A stretch of 61,539 bases of DNA, taken from positions 1 through 61,539 of the IMG/VR virus record IMGVR_UViG_3300025141_000089; one strand, written 5' to 3'. Below the pieces are notes generated by a model. The model saw only the letters and a program-made list of their open reading frames with translations. It was not told the origin of the DNA and did no database searches. The translations under genes and the position numbers were made by a program. Position 1 is the first letter of the stretch, and each line of letters opens with the position of its first letter. The DNA comes from a virus. Its lineage: Duplodnaviria; Caudoviricetes. Of the stretch, positions 9,148 through 18,141 are shown piece by piece.

Positions 9148-10672
9148 CTTCTTGTCCTTCTTCTACTGGTGGTTGTTCTGCCAATTCTTTTTGAATTTCT
9201 ACATCCATTTTTGTTATTTCTTCTTCTGTTTGGTGTAAGATATTTCTTCGCACCCAATCAACAGAGTAATACTTACCTATATATTCATCCGCTTGGCTTA
9301 GCAATTCCATTCTATCTCTCATAATTTCCGATTCTTTGAGTTCTGAAAAATATGAATCTTTATTATATTCAAAATACACATCAGGCTCAATTGATTTCCA
9401 ATCTTCTTCAGACATAATACCCTTTAAAAGTAATTGTGTCCTTAATAGTTGAAGGAACATATCAGTGAATCTCATTCGTATTTTATCGATAAACTTTTGA
9501 AATTTTACTTCATCTCTTGTAATTTCCGCAGAACGGCCCATATTGAATCCGTTTTCTGCCTCCATTCGCGAAATTGGAACATTCAACGAACGATATACTT
9601 TCTTGAGTAAATAATCTACATCTTCCATTTCACCAAGATTTTGCCCACCATCAAGGGTGGTAATCTCTGTTCCTCGTCCACCTTCTTTTCGTGGTAGCCA
9701 GAAATCTTCTAGCATGTGTAAATGGTCACGGCCGTCTGTGATTGCGCCGGTCGTTGCATCATAAGTTACTTTATTTCTGTATCGGTTCATCAAACCTTTA
9801 AGGTATTGTTCTGCTTTTTGTTTTGGCAAGTTACCAACATCGATGTAGAATACTCTGCGTTCTGGTGCGCGAGAGATACGGTATATAACAACCGCATCTT
9901 CGATTTGCCTAAGCATATTTAATGGTCTGATTACTTTTTGCAGATAACCAACAATTCGTTTTGTGTTTGAATCTACAACACCAGAATGTGTATAACAAAT
10001 AGAATCTGGTGCAATTTTGATGCCAGATGTTGATGTTGGGTTTAATGAATTTTTAGATGTATCAGTGTAAACATAAAATTCTTCCACACTCTTAACAAAA
10101 GGAACTCTATTTGTCCCTATATGTTGCTGTTCTTTTTTAACTTTTTGAATTTTCTTAATATTTGTGGGATTAATTGGCCGAAGTTCTTTGATGCCCTTTT
10201 GTGGCAGTTCGTTATCAATGATGATATGATAATATAATTTACTATCCACATACCACCTTCGGAAAATATCATAAGAATTCTTATGGAATTTGAGTAATTT
10301 TAAAATATTATCATATTCGGAATACATTTTATTTTTGATATTATCAGACAAATCAACTCGTTCTAAGTCGAGTTTAATTGGTTTTCTATCTTGGTCTAAA
10401 ATGATTGCTTCATTCACAATGTCTTCGATTGCTTGGTCTACTTCTGGGAATAGAGCCATATTACGAAACTGCTGAATGAGTCCATTTTCATCCTTAACAG
10501 AACCAGCGAAGTCCATCATTGTGCCGAAGACTCCGCCGGATTCTATTGTGAATGTTCCATCATACTCGTCTGGAGCAACGAAGGATTTTTCGTTTGTTTT
10601 GTTTATTGACTGCCCAATTGCGTCAGTCGGTTTCTTCTTCCCTATCGAGAATCCAAAAATATCTATTGGCAT
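9134..10672 (-). CDS. gp20: Portal vertex protein
   Basis: PEVD.AIEDIVNEAI, FRRWYVD, IYRISRAPERRVFYIDVGNLPK.KAEQYL and MLEDFWLPR.EGGRGTEITTL.GGQNLGE. Confidence 0.99.
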   Translation of the reverse strand: MPIDIFGFSIGKKKPTDAIGQSINKTNEKSFVAPDEYDGTFTIESGGVFGTMMDFAGSVKDENGLIQQFRNMALFPEVDQAIEDIVNEAIILDQDRKPIKLDLERVDLSDNIKNKMYSEYDNILKLLKFHKNSYDIFRRWYVDSKLYYHIIIDNELPQKGIKELRPINPTNIKKIQKVKKEQQHIGTNRVPFVKSVEEFYVYTDTSKNSLNPTSTSGIKIAPDSICYTHSGVVDSNTKRIVGYLQKVIRPLNMLRQIEDAVVIYRISRAPERRVFYIDVGNLPKQKAEQYLKGLMNRYRNKVTYDATTGAITDGRDHLHMLEDFWLPRKEGGRGTEITTLDGGQNLGEMEDVDYLLKKVYRSLNVPISRMEAENGFNMGRSAEITRDEVKFQKFIDKIRMRFTDMFLQLLRTQLLLKGIMSEEDWKSIEPDVYFEYNKDSYFSELKESEIMRDRMELLSQADEYIGKYYSVDWVRRNILHQTEEEITKMDVEIQKELAEQPPVEEGQEDEQY

Positions 10673-10710
10673 AATATAATTTCCTTATGGTGAAAGTTCA
10701 CTGTACTTTA

Positions 10711-10718
10711 TATTTATA
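10711..10718 (-). promoter_or_regulatory. Canonical T4 late promoter TATAAATA (gp20)
   Basis: Exact T4 late consensus in the gp19-gp20 intergenic region. Confidence 0.7.
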
Positions 10719-10724
10719 TGATTT

Positions 10725-11312
10725 TTACGGCGCCAAGTCGACTCCGCCTTCCAACCAATCATATGCGAATGTTACAGTAAATTCTGCAATTGTGTCTGAA
10801 GAATCATAAGTTAATGCAATTTCACTTACAACGGTTGGCCATGCACTTTTCATTACAACATGGCGTTTAGTGTCTCCAAGCATATCAAGTTGGCCAACCG
10901 TCCAATCTCGGAACATCGTACTTGATGAATCTAAGTTGACCCCAGACCCGACAGCAAAGGCCGGCCCGGGAATATTCTTAGGATGATCATTAAATCCAGC
11001 ATTCCATTTCCAAAACTCATTATAAGCGCCCGCGCGGGTCCCAGTTGCAAAGGTATCGTAAAATGTACATGTCCATTCTTCGTATGTTCTATCTCCTGGA
11101 ATTTTTACAACTCTGCCTCTAAACGGAACACGCATAATACCAACAGTTACTGCCGGCATAGATGTTGCTCTACAAAGTAAACCAGTTGTTGAAGCATCAA
11201 TTTGCTTACCAGTTGGACCGAGTATTCCAGAAACCATATACCTATTCGGTCGTGATCCGCCATCAAAATTGGCTTTAAAATTATCAACATTCATCTTACT
11301 TGGCGCTGCCAT
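10725..11312 (-). CDS. gp19: Tail tube protein
   Basis: F...F.GG.RPNRY.V, LCRATSMPA..VG...VPFRGR..KIPGDRTYEEWT.TF and AWPT.VSEI.L.YD....I.EFTVTFAYDW. Confidence 0.96.
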   Translation of the reverse strand: MAAPSKMNVDNFKANFDGGSRPNRYMVSGILGPTGKQIDASTTGLLCRATSMPAVTVGIMRVPFRGRVVKIPGDRTYEEWTCTFYDTFATGTRAGAYNEFWKWNAGFNDHPKNIPGPAFAVGSGVNLDSSSTMFRDWTVGQLDMLGDTKRHVVMKSAWPTVVSEIALTYDSSDTIAEFTVTFAYDWLEGGVDLAP

Positions 11313-11351
11313 ATTTATTTCCTCTCTTTATTAAAATTCCTATACTTTATG

Positions 11352-11359
11352 TATGTATA
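11352..11359 (-). promoter_or_regulatory. Late promoter variant TATACATA (gp19)
   Basis: 8-mer in the gp18-gp19 intergenic region. Confidence 0.65.
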
Positions 11360-11369
11360 TTATTGTATT

Positions 11370-12641
11370 TTATTCCAAATCATCCGCAGTATTTTTATTT
11401 ACAAACCGAATTCTAATAAAGTTAATAGATTTAGTCGGTTTGATGAAAATATCTGCAACAAAGTTGTTTGAGTCAATAATGCTTGATGTGTTATTGGACT
11501 CATCACACACTACTTTATAATCATAAACACCTCGTCTTGATTGTATAGATCGCAAGAACGGTTCAACTGCATTTACAAAAGAACGTCTAGTATCTTCATC
11601 GTTCAGTTCAAAGAGTTTATCTCTTGCAGCTGCACCTATAGTTTTCTTTAGGTGAATAAACAATCGAGAAACATTAATTCTACTTAATGTGCTGCTGGAT
11701 GATGCTTGTGTTTTATCTCCAAACAATACTGTTCCTTCGCCTGGGAAGGTAACAACTGGGTTAATCTTTGCATCATACATTGTATCCATTTCAGCATCTG
11801 TTGGATTGTCCCAAAGTCGCACAGTACCTAAAATTTGTCCTCGTTTAAATCCAGCGGGTGACCACCAAGGGTCTGCAACTGCATCTGTTCTTGCCATACA
11901 CCCTGCAACATCCGCTGCGAGTGGTGTTTTAATTAAATCATCTAATGCATCTTCTCGAATTCCTCTATTTATTCCAAGATGTTTTTTATATCCGTGTACT
12001 GTAACATTGAATTCGTCTGCTGTTTGATTAGATGATTTCGCCGCGGTATCAGCAAGTGTTGTCGGACAAACTGCAATACAGTCTTGTCTGAATGATGCAA
12101 TATTCGATGTGTAAGAAACATGGTCACCAGTCGCTGCAAATACCAAATCAAGTGGAATTTGCTTATCGTGGAACGGAGTTGACGATGTGGTGAAACTTGT
12201 ATTTTCAATACTTCCTGTGCCACCAACAATCAAAACACCACCATATTGTAGATAGTTATGTGCTGCCCACCATTCGTTTTTCCATGCACCAGTTGGTCCT
12301 GAGGGCCATCGTGCAAAAGTACCACCCGCATACATTGTACCTGCGGTTGCCGCAGTACCAGCTGTGTGAAAGAATGGCATTCCATCATGTGAACCGCCAT
12401 TAGTAACGCCTGATGCACTCCATCCACCGTGGGCTAAGGTTTCTGTGCTGTTTAATCTTGCAATCCATTCATTTACCGATGATATCGTCATTACACCAGT
12501 TTTATATTCTGCTGTAGTTCCCAATGCATACGGCAGTCCACCAAGACTAACCATCCCTGCTCTTGTTATTGAACCTGATTCTGAAAAGGGAACAACAAAA
12601 CTTTGATCTTCTACTAATACTGTTATATTTGGTCTTGCCAT
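11370..12641 (-). CDS. gp18: Contractile tail sheath protein (compact, 423 aa)
   Basis: PL.ADVAG.MARTD....PWWSPAG..RGQI, INPVVTFPGEG.VLFGDKT, RINV.RLFI.L, FE.ND..TR..F and FVADIFIKP.KSINFI. Confidence 0.95.
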   Translation of the reverse strand: MARPNITVLVEDQSFVVPFSESGSITRAGMVSLGGLPYALGTTAEYKTGVMTISSVNEWIARLNSTETLAHGGWSASGVTNGGSHDGMPFFHTAGTAATAGTMYAGGTFARWPSGPTGAWKNEWWAAHNYLQYGGVLIVGGTGSIENTSFTTSSTPFHDKQIPLDLVFAATGDHVSYTSNIASFRQDCIAVCPTTLADTAAKSSNQTADEFNVTVHGYKKHLGINRGIREDALDDLIKTPLAADVAGCMARTDAVADPWWSPAGFKRGQILGTVRLWDNPTDAEMDTMYDAKINPVVTFPGEGTVLFGDKTQASSSSTLSRINVSRLFIHLKKTIGAAARDKLFELNDEDTRRSFVNAVEPFLRSIQSRRGVYDYKVVCDESNNTSSIIDSNNFVADIFIKPTKSINFIRIRFVNKNTADDLE

Positions 12642-12731
12642 TTGAAATATTTCCTCTTATTAAGTCATTTTATGTTATGCAATCATTAAAAAATGCAAAA
12701 TTTTACATTTCTTTTATTTTATTTTTCACAT

Positions 12732-12739
12732 TATGTATA
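12732..12739 (-). promoter_or_regulatory. Late promoter variant TATACATA (gp18)
   Basis: 8-mer in the gp17-gp18 intergenic region. Confidence 0.65.
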
Positions 12740-12752
12740 AAATTGTAATATT

Positions 12753-14405
12753 TCAGATAGGAAACCACCTATCGTCCCCATCCCACTCACCTTCTTCTGC
12801 TTCATCTACAACAAATCCAAATGGCATCAAATCATCCTCAATTTCTCTAATTTGGTCTTCATATATTTGAGTTCTGACATCAGAATTTGTCAATGATTTA
12901 AAATAATCCTGTCTTGTCATCCACGCAAACAATACCAATGCCATCACCAAGTCATCTGTGTGTCCATCATCTGCTTCAAATGAGTTCTTCTTGGCAACAA
13001 AGGTAATCAGTTCGTTAATGATGTCCATATCTTCTATGATAAATTTGTCTTCCTCAATAAGACTTTTCAATAAAGAACATCCAAGTTTCTTCACCGGCAC
13101 AGTAGTACGGACACCCAATTGTGATTGTGACCTATTACTACCAAATCCACCATTCATCACCTGACCTGCACGACCCCTATATGTGGTCATCAATACATTT
13201 TCATATTCTAAATCCTGATGCAAAATGTCTGCAACTTGTCCCCCGATGTCGTTAATTTCAATCAAAACCCCCGCAGTATTGTATTTTGTCGCAATTGCAC
13301 GAATAACAGTAGGATAAACCATAGGGGATACTGTGTTATTCCTATATCGTGCCACTAGTCTATATGGCATCTCAGTCGTATCCACAACAATAAATGCACT
13401 ATAATCTTTTCCTTGCCCCCTTGCAGTATCTACTGTGATGAAATAGTCATTGTCTTCTTTTGGTTCTTCATATATCCATAGTCCATCTGCATCTTTACTT
13501 TCGGGTGTTTCCCAATTCATTGTGCGAAGTTTTGCAGAAGAAATCAGAGTGTTTTGACTACCCAAGAAGTCGCAAATGAATTCTTGTTGGAATTGCTCTG
13601 CACTTGTATTGGCAATAGTTTCTTCTTTCCATTTTTCATCTCGTAATGGACCACCAGGATATTGTGGTACTTCATCCCACTGAACTTCAATTGGAATGTA
13701 ATCGTTCTTGCCTGATTCTCCTGGTTTCTTCGTTGCACCCTTCCAATAATAATAGAACATATTCAAACCGTTTGGTGTTGAAATCATAATCACTTTGGTT
13801 TCTTGTCCCGCGGAAATTGTCGGATATACTGAATTGAAGAATTCTTCGGCAATATTGGTAGGGACATGTGCGAATTCATCAAGTAAAATTGCGTTGTATG
13901 AACCACCACGAATAGCACTGGATGATGTAGATGATGCAATAATCCTTGAACCATTTTCAAGTTTCACTGATGCTTTGTTCCACTCTACAATCCCCTGTTG
14001 CAACCAAAGTGGCAAATATTCGTATGTGAGTTGTAATCTGCCGAGAATATCTTTCGCAACCGCCTGCTTGTTTGCAAGAATAGCAACATTCATATTCTGA
14101 TTAAACATAATATAGTGTAGCATGTACGCAACCATCGTAGTGGACTTACCTGACTGCCTAGGGAGTTTTGCAATAGTGAATCTATTTTCATGAACAGTTC
14201 GTACCATGTCATCTTGAAAGTCATATAAATGAAACGGAACAAGTCCTTCGTCCAATGAAACAACCTTGATATACTTCTCAATAAAGTAAACAGGGTCTTT
14301 GGCACATTTCATATATTCAATCACCTGTTCTTCAGTGAATTGAATATCAATACCAGCCTCTTTTAGTTGTTTGTTTCCTAAATAACCTTGTTGTTTATTG
14401 CTCAT
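12753..14405 (-). CDS. gp17: Terminase large subunit
   Basis: YLGN..LK, PRQSGKST (Walker A), LLDEFAH (Walker B), STPNG.N.FY, VDTARG.GKDYSAF and DDLVMALV.F.W. Confidence 0.99.
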   Translation of the reverse strand: MSNKQQGYLGNKQLKEAGIDIQFTEEQVIEYMKCAKDPVYFIEKYIKVVSLDEGLVPFHLYDFQDDMVRTVHENRFTIAKLPRQSGKSTTMVAYMLHYIMFNQNMNVAILANKQAVAKDILGRLQLTYEYLPLWLQQGIVEWNKASVKLENGSRIIASSTSSSAIRGGSYNAILLDEFAHVPTNIAEEFFNSVYPTISAGQETKVIMISTPNGLNMFYYYWKGATKKPGESGKNDYIPIEVQWDEVPQYPGGPLRDEKWKEETIANTSAEQFQQEFICDFLGSQNTLISSAKLRTMNWETPESKDADGLWIYEEPKEDNDYFITVDTARGQGKDYSAFIVVDTTEMPYRLVARYRNNTVSPMVYPTVIRAIATKYNTAGVLIEINDIGGQVADILHQDLEYENVLMTTYRGRAGQVMNGGFGSNRSQSQLGVRTTVPVKKLGCSLLKSLIEEDKFIIEDMDIINELITFVAKKNSFEADDGHTDDLVMALVLFAWMTRQDYFKSLTNSDVRTQIYEDQIREIEDDLMPFGFVVDEAEEGEWDGDDRWFPI

Positions 14406-14871
14406 CTACAATCTCTGTATCAATAATATCACTCGTCATTGCTTTTGTTCGACTTCTTTCTTGATTGATTAAGTCTTGCAAGTCACTGGTTGAACCAACA
14501 TAAATTGATTGGTTGGTTGTGTTATTGATATTAATTTCTTCTTTGTTAATCTCTTTGACTTTCTTATGCAAGTCTATCAAGTCTTTGTTCACTTCTGAAA
14601 CTGTTTTAATCATCTGTGCGGCCACTTCATACGCTCTTGGTGCATCACCTTGCGTTGCAACATTTAGAATCCCATCAATGGCATCTTCACCTTGTTTAAT
14701 GAGTTCTTTCATGTTCTTGCGAACCAACCAATAATCTTTTTCGCTGTCAACCGCATCCACTTCCACTTCTCGTATGTGGGATGGTTTCTCGATTTGCTTT
14801 GGTTCTTCTGTTTTAAATTCTATATCTAATGCTTCTGATAGTTTTTCGTCTATCGACTTTTTATCACTCAT
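14395..14871 (-). CDS. gp16: Terminase small subunit
   Basis: DY..VR.N...LI..G..AI...L.VA.....PRAYEVA...IK...E....L.DL.KK and N.SIYVGSTSDLQ. Start taken at MSDKK, which overlaps the gp15 stop. Confidence 0.9.
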   Translation of the reverse strand: MSDKKSIDEKLSEALDIEFKTEEPKQIEKPSHIREVEVDAVDSEKDYWLVRKNMKELIKQGEDAIDGILNVATQGDAPRAYEVAAQMIKTVSEVNKDLIDLHKKVKEINKEEININNTTNQSIYVGSTSDLQDLINQERSRTKAMTSDIIDTEIVDEQ

Positions 14872-15631
14872 AATAATATTCACCATAAATTTGATTACCG
14901 GCCGTGTAACCTTCTCCAGTATAACCGCCAGTAATTCCTATTCTCAAGTCATGCGTTCCAGTAACAGGATAGTTGAATTTCTCTGCACTTCCGAAAATAT
15001 CAATTTCAGATTGAAGAATAATCTTTCCTGTCTTGACTGGACCATACATATATGTCTTTGCACTAAATTCAAACGAAGATGTAAGATTTCGTCTTGTATC
15101 AAACGCACCTTCATAATCTTCTTCAGTGGTCACGCCATTCAACACAAATGGCACATCAACTTTCTTATTAATATCATTTATATTAAATGACACAACAAAT
15201 TCTGGACTAAAATAAGGCAAAATCTGTTCGATAATTTGTAAATTGTCGTCTTGATTTCTAGTAAACGCATAGAGTCCGAAGGATACGATGTATGGGACTT
15301 CGTTGTAGTTATATGAATAACTTAGCCCATCAGCACTAATTGCTTTTCTTTTTCTAAGTTTATTTGTTTTTCTTGCAGGATCATATGCAAAACCAGTAAT
15401 TTCAAACCCGATTCGCGGCAAAGTAATTTGTACTTTTGAAGTATCTGATATACTGCTACTTTCTTGAATCCTTCTCAAGAACTTTTCTTTTGGCCCATAT
15501 GAGAGAGGAACACGAATAGTTTCTTTAGTTGTTCCGTCTGGATTCTTTCTGATAATTTTAATATCATTAAACAAAGAACCAAATCCAATTACTAATTTTC
15601 TAATTGCTTCATTGTAGAATTGTGTAAACAT
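14864..15631 (-). CDS. gp15: Tail sheath stabiliser / tail terminator
   Basis: FY.E.IRK.VI.FG.LFNDI, VPL.YGPKEKFL.R, TLPR..FEI....YD..RK, LQIIEQILPYF.P and DYEG.F..RR. Confidence 0.94.
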   Translation of the reverse strand: MFTQFYNEAIRKLVIGFGSLFNDIKIIRKNPDGTTKETIRVPLSYGPKEKFLRRIQESSSISDTSKVQITLPRIGFEITGFAYDPARKTNKLRKRKAISADGLSYSYNYNEVPYIVSFGLYAFTRNQDDNLQIIEQILPYFSPEFVVSFNINDINKKVDVPFVLNGVTTEEDYEGAFDTRRNLTSSFEFSAKTYMYGPVKTGKIILQSEIDIFGSAEKFNYPVTGTHDLRIGITGGYTGEGYTAGNQIYGEYYYE

Positions 15632-15768
15632 TAGTAACCTGCCTTATATCCTTGTTCAACAAGAGTATTCCATTTTTCTGTATTTGGAACTGCCATCTTT
15701 CTCGTACCATTCATATTTAGGTATTTGATGCCTTTCTTTGCTTCCCTAATTTTATTTAAGTGTTTCAA
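15631..15768 (-). pseudogene. 45-aa ORF resembling the C-terminal DNA-binding tail of a GIY-YIG/HNH homing endonuclease (remnant)
   Basis: Not in the ORF track. The TTG start overlaps the gp14 TGA and the stop overlaps the gp15 ATG. Translation: LKHLNKIREAKKGIKYLNMNGTRKMAVPNTEKWNTLVEQGYKAGY. Confidence 0.45.
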
Positions 15769-16688
15769 TAATTTCCTTCACTGAAAGGATCCGTTTCTGT
15801 AAAGTCAAAGATGTCGTCTTGGTCTCGGAGCAATTCAAAATCTTCATTATCTCCAGCCGGTGCATCGTCTTGGGGTTCATGTGGAATAATCACAGTAGTT
15901 GTTGTGGAACTGTTGAGTTCATATTCTGCACTAGATACTGCACCCTTAACTGTTTCACTTGTAGCAGTAGAAAGTGTTCCAACAACATTTGTAACTGTAA
16001 GTTTAGTTGTACTTGCATCCCAATCTGTAACTACCGCTGTTGCAGTTGCATCTGCCAGTGCCGCACCAGTTGAACCAAGAACTTGGAAGATTGATTCACC
16101 TTCAAAATAATTGATGTAGGTATCAGAACTTATTCTTGTCCCCACATCCAATTCAATAGCAAAGTATTTTCGTTCGTCTTCAACCTTATCAATTTCACTG
16201 TAGCCGGTGTCGATGACTTCTTGACTATATGTGAATACTTCACATGAGAGTTTATATGTAAAGAGTTTGCCTAATTGATAAAATGGATTTTCGTGTTCTA
16301 CAAAATTAATTTCAAATACTGTATTGCTAAGTGGGAAGAAAATTAAATCCCCTTCTTTTGGCCGTGTAGTGTTTTCATAAGAGCCAACTGCTTCTTCAAA
16401 TCGTTTACGAGAAACAACCAATTCCATTCTATCTTTTATTTGTATGCCAAATTTTGCAAGTACATCACCTTCACCTTCAAAACCATCCACAGATTGAATA
16501 TACATTTCAATTTCATAACCATCATCAAATTTTGAAGTTGTATCTTCTCCAAATAATTTATCTTCGTCTACAAGTGTTCTGGGAATATATACCATATCCC
16601 TTCCCATCGTTTGAATCATTTCGATGGTTAGGTCTTCTACCATATCCTGTTCACCAGCGTAGTCTTTGAAATAGGGATTGCGAGCCAT
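15765..16688 (-). CDS. gp14: Neck protein
   Basis: NPYF....EQD.VEDL..E.I...G.D..YIPR, IEMY...VDGFEG.GD...KFG, RPKEGDLI.FP, FVEHE.PFYQLGK...Y.L.CE.F.YS and DF.E.DPFSE. Confidence 0.95.
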   Translation of the reverse strand: MARNPYFKDYAGEQDMVEDLTIEMIQTMGRDMVYIPRTLVDEDKLFGEDTTSKFDDGYEIEMYIQSVDGFEGEGDVLAKFGIQIKDRMELVVSRKRFEEAVGSYENTTRPKEGDLIFFPLSNTVFEINFVEHENPFYQLGKLFTYKLSCEVFTYSQEVIDTGYSEIDKVEDERKYFAIELDVGTRISSDTYINYFEGESIFQVLGSTGAALADATATAVVTDWDASTTKLTVTNVVGTLSTATSETVKGAVSSAEYELNSSTTTTVIIPHEPQDDAPAGDNEDFELLRDQDDIFDFTETDPFSEGNY

Positions 16689-16691
16689 GTA

Positions 16692-17498
16692 TTATCCTGT
16701 CATAAAGTCGATTGGGTATTCGTAGGTTAGTCGTAGTTCTTCTTCAAGTTTTTCAATCTCCTGTATTGCTTCTTGCGATATTTCGCCACCTCGTAGTTGA
16801 ACTCCACCCGGCAATTGAACCCCTTCAAACTTTGACATATTTGCACCCCATTGTTTTTTAATGAGTGAGGTTAAGTATTTCTTTAACCAAATATCATTGA
16901 ACACTTCAGAGAATTGTGAAGATTCTATTCTCACATATGCTTCTATTAGGAAATATTTCCCTTCAACAATATCGTTAGTCCAATCTCCGTCAATGTTTAA
17001 TTTATTTGTTATTTTATTGAATCGAATTATTTTTTCTGGTTGAAAGAAATCTTGAATCATGTTGATATATCGTTTAGTAGAATCATATCGCGCCAAACCC
17101 ATACTAGAATTAAATCCAAGTCCACGATTAATACCAAAATAATCCATTAAAGCCATTTGATAACGAACATCAAACATATTAATATTTGCAAATTGTCCAA
17201 ATTGGTGAATTTTAACAACATTTAAAATATCTTTACCAGTAATTTTGCTACCTGTTGCACCAACTGGTTGTCCGATAGATTCAACATCAACATATTTTCT
17301 TGCTTTATCCGTTGCAGTGATTTTATACGCAAATAGTTCCTTTTCTGCACCATCTGAATGGTATTCAGCAAAAAGTTCTAATGCTTCGTCTAATCGGTCT
17401 TCACATTGTTGCCTATCCACATTGATATCAACAACTGGTGAACCCAATTTCCGCAAAGAATAATCAATTATATCATCTCTAGATGCTGGTTTTGCCAT
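16692..17498 (-). CDS. gp13: Neck protein (head-tail adaptor)
   Basis: MAKPASR.....Y.LRKLG.PV..INVD..Q.EDR.DEAL..F..YH.DG and WLKKY.T.LIK.QWG.N..KF.GVQLPGGV. Confidence 0.95.
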   Translation of the reverse strand: MAKPASRDDIIDYSLRKLGSPVVDINVDRQQCEDRLDEALELFAEYHSDGAEKELFAYKITATDKARKYVDVESIGQPVGATGSKITGKDILNVVKIHQFGQFANINMFDVRYQMALMDYFGINRGLGFNSSMGLARYDSTKRYINMIQDFFQPEKIIRFNKITNKLNIDGDWTNDIVEGKYFLIEAYVRIESSQFSEVFNDIWLKKYLTSLIKKQWGANMSKFEGVQLPGGVQLRGGEISQEAIQEIEKLEEELRLTYEYPIDFMTG

Positions 17499-17503
17499 TA
17501 AAA

Positions 17504-17542
17504 ACTCCTATATCTCTAATATATGTATAAAGATATAGGAGT
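17504..17542 (-). promoter_or_regulatory. 12-bp hairpin that sequesters the gp13 RBS, with a late promoter TATACATA (17522-17529) in its loop; may also terminate
   Basis: ACTCCTATATCT (17504-15) and AGATATAGGAGT (17531-42) form a perfect inverted repeat. The AGGAG RBS lies in the 3' arm and is followed by TTTT and ATG. Confidence 0.75.
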
Positions 17543-17560
17543 GGGGGAAAGCAACAAATA

Positions 17561-18079
17561 CTATTCTTTGTTTTCTTCCTCTGGGTTTTCTGGCGGTTGT
17601 TCTTGTTTTCCTACGGCAACATCTAAATCGTGCATTACATCATAATCTATATTTTCGATGTAGTATTTTCGTGTTACTGGTTCTTCTGCTTCATCTGAAG
17701 TGCTTATTGTATAATTAGTAAATCCAGGCATTTGCAGAGGGCATGCGAGTTTAGGATAATCTAATTTTCCATATTCGTCTGCATTTGCAACCAAAAAGGT
17801 TTGTTTCCTATCACCACACCCACACCCACCACAAATATGTTTAGTAGGATCGGTAGTACTTTGATCTAAATATTCACAAGCCGGCAATTCCCCGCCAACA
17901 TTTTCATTGCCAAAACAACTTAATACCCTTAATTGTTTGATTGGTTTATTAATCTTATTGTTATTGATATTTCTTGATGCTAATGCAACAGCAAAACTTT
18001 GCACCATACTAAATGCTTTTTTAATTCCTCGTTGGTTTGGATCCAGCGGTGTTTTTCTAAATTTTGGTTTGTCTGTCAT
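17561..18079 (-). CDS. Small Cys-motif (probable metal-binding) hypothetical protein
   Basis: SCFG...ACEYL...HICGGCGCGD...KLACP (CxxCGC...K..CP pattern); GGAG RBS; has its own sigma70 promoter. Confidence 0.75.
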   Translation of the reverse strand: MTDKPKFRKTPLDPNQRGIKKAFSMVQSFAVALASRNINNNKINKPIKQLRVLSCFGNENVGGELPACEYLDQSTTDPTKHICGGCGCGDRKQTFLVANADEYGKLDYPKLACPLQMPGFTNYTISTSDEAEEPVTRKYYIENIDYDVMHDLDVAVGKQEQPPENPEEENKE

Positions 18080-18105
18080 AATATCTCCATAATAAAGTTT
18101 ATTAA

Positions 18106-18134
18106 ATTATACACTATAATATGTATGATGTCAA
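18106..18134 (-). promoter_or_regulatory. Perfect consensus sigma70 promoter TTGACA-17-TATAAT
   Basis: TTGACA at 18134-18129, a 17-nt spacer that itself contains the late-like CATACATA, and TATAAT at 18111-18106. Confidence 0.8.
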
Positions 18135-18141
18135 ATAAAAA

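Noticed and set aside
2104-14405. Introns or inteins in uvsW, gp23, gp20 or gp17
   Set aside because: All are uninterrupted and of ordinary length, with no intein terminal motifs seen.
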